Below are positions 61,992 to 64,000 of a DNA stretch of 64,000 nucleotides, piece after piece. Each line of letters starts with the position of its first letter. Position 1 is the first letter of the stretch. The stretch comes from Flaccisagitta enflata (lineage: Eukaryota): contig OZ231126.1 of the NCBI GenBank assembly GCA_965153355.1, positions 7,130,001 through 7,194,000 on the forward strand, written 5' to 3'. A program made the translations under genes and the position numbers. A model generated the notes under the pieces. That model did no database searches. It saw only the letters and a list, made by a program, of their open reading frames with translations, and was not told where the DNA came from.

Positions 61992-62061
61992 TGTGAGGTT
62001 TAATCGGTCTTTTTTGTCCGCGACGGAATATCATTCCGACGCGGACTATTATTCAAGGCGG
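61992..62061 (+). CDS. Probable next small exon (SVRFNRSFLSATEYHSDADYYSRR); the gene likely continues past the window
   Basis: catag| acceptor in the required phase 2, CGG|gtgggt donor; no homology support. Confidence 0.45.
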
Positions 62062-62099
62062 GTGGGTGTCGTCGTCGTTGTCGTTGTCATTGTTGTTAC

Positions 62100-62690
62100 G
62101 GATTTTAAAATATGGATAACTTTTTTATGCTTTGACCGATTTGGTTCATATTTGGTGGGAAGTTGTACCAGGGTAAGGCGCTTTACATCCTATCCGATTT
62201 TTATGATCCGACCAAACCAACCGGCCCAACCAGCTTACCGGCCTAAAAGTGAAAAATGTGCATAACTTTGGCATTTTTCAACCAATTTGGTTGAAATTTG
62301 GTATGGAGTCTCTAAATGGAAGGACTCAACACATGTATGTGATTTATTTATGTTTGAGCATGCTCACCGGCCAAACCGACCTACCACCCAACCAGCTTAC
62401 CGGCCTAAACATAAAAAGCTTATATAGATTGGACATTTTTCAACCAAATTGGCTGAAACTTGGTATGGAGTCTCAAAAAGGAAGAACTCAACATATGCAC
62501 ACTATTTATCCAAACCAGCCTACCACCCAACCACCCTACTAGCCTAAAAGTGAAAAACGTGCATAACTTTGTCATTTTTCAATGGATTTGCATGAAACTT
62601 TGTATGGCGGCTCTAAACGTAAAGACTTATAGTTTTAGTGAACTTACAGGGTTAGCGATCTTTTGATCATAGTGATCTTATGGAATTGGT
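62100..62690. repeat. Element with three ~140-160-bp tandem units
   Basis: ccaaacc...cggcctaaa...catttttcaa...aaatttggtatgg recurs at about 62210, 62370 and 62510. Confidence 0.7.
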
Positions 62691-64000
62691 GATCTTTAAC
62701 CCCCCCTCCGTCGCGGACCCAGATACTGTTCAGATTTTTTTGGGGGGGCTGGGGGACTGGGCTTTGGGGGTTTTGATACATTGAATTTTCTGATACTTGT
62801 TGCTGCTGAAAGTGAATTTTTCATCATTCTTGTCTTTTTGTTGATAGCCTTGAGGTTGAGCCGAGAGTTTTTGGCACACATCTGATTTGAAATTAAATGT
62901 TGGGATGATGGTGGGAAAGGGGGGGAAATAAATTCTAAGAATTCGGAAATGTGGAAGGAAGGTCAAAATGTATGTAGTATGTTGTAGTTTAGAATGGTGA
63001 GATATGCTTTCCACAAGACTATTTTGTACCAATAAAAGCCAAAATTTAGTGTTAATGGAGAGGAATGTTATGGAGAGGGAAAACAAAGATTCTTTGACAA
63101 TTCGGGAAAGTGTACCAAAGGTCCAAGGGGAAAAAAGTCAAAAGCCGTGCAAATTTTTACACCCCTGTGTATTTTTCACCATTTACGTCGAGAGAAAGTA
63201 GGTAGTGACTTTTGATGGTCTATTTGCGATATGATGTTACTTTTAGTTTGGAAGGCCAATGTGCTGCCCACGAGCTTTTCGCTTTAGCTCAAAGCAAGTG
63301 ACTTCTTAGATGTGTCAGAACGCACTTGAATATTGGTTGTGCTCGTTTTTGGATCGATTGGTAGGTTGATTGGTTGGTTGTTAGGCTGATTGGTTGGTTG
63401 ATCGTCCGGTTGGCTGATCAGGTTTGTTGATCGGCAGGATGGTTAGTTGATTGGCTCGATGGTTCATTGGATCGACTGCATGGTTGGTTGATTGGCTGGA
63501 TGGTTGGTTGGTTTGGCTGGTTGGTTGATCGCAGCATGGTTTATTGATTGGTTTGGCTGGTTGATATGTTGGCCGGTTTTGTCAGCACGTTGGTTGATTG
63601 ATCGGCAGGTTTATTGGTTGTTTAATGGGCTGGTTGACTGGCTGGTTGATTGGCCTAATTTACTACGCCGATTCCTCCTAAGTTGTCCTAATCCAACTAT
63701 AAAAAGTACGAGTAAGTTTCGTCGAGTATGATTTTACCAAACCTCACTACGCAATACGTGTCGTTCCGGGCGGTAATAACATGTTACGTTGGTGCGTAGT
63801 TTTAGTGTTTTTGCTGCCCCTGCTCAAAGCTCAACTGATTGCTATTGGTTTGCCGTGCAAGGCTTCTCTAAAGTAAATTTCCTTATTTCTCTTAAATATC
63901 TAAGCTGCGTCGGTGAGTTTTTTCCTGTCCTCTTATTTGTTGTTTGTGAATGTATTATCGTTTTAACAATCCTTTGGGTTGTTTTTCTTCAAGGAACAAT

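Overview
Repeat-rich eukaryotic, most likely invertebrate animal, genomic DNA with GT-AG introns; no rRNA, tRNA, CRISPR array or transposase ORF was recognised. Three + strand spliced genes can be assembled by hand. (1) The last two coding exons of an unidentified gene (1378-1524, 2671-2892). (2) A complete six-exon flotillin-1-like gene (23480-32689, 424 aa) that keeps the SPFH domain but replaces the flotillin coiled-coil with an acidic, low-complexity tail. (3) A GPATCH8/ZNF804-like gene (44093 to at least 62061) with a 2.8-kb charged exon and RS-rich exons, with no G-patch or zinc-finger exon visible. The rest is microsatellites, minisatellites and non-autonomous mobile elements. These include hAT-, Tc1/mariner-, Transib- and PHIS-like MITEs with readable TSDs, Helentron/DINE-like elements, a 424-bp TRIM-like LTR element with identical LTRs, and three multi-level nests. 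Most listed ORFs are translations of repeats. Family assignments come from remembered motifs and terminal structure, not from database searches.
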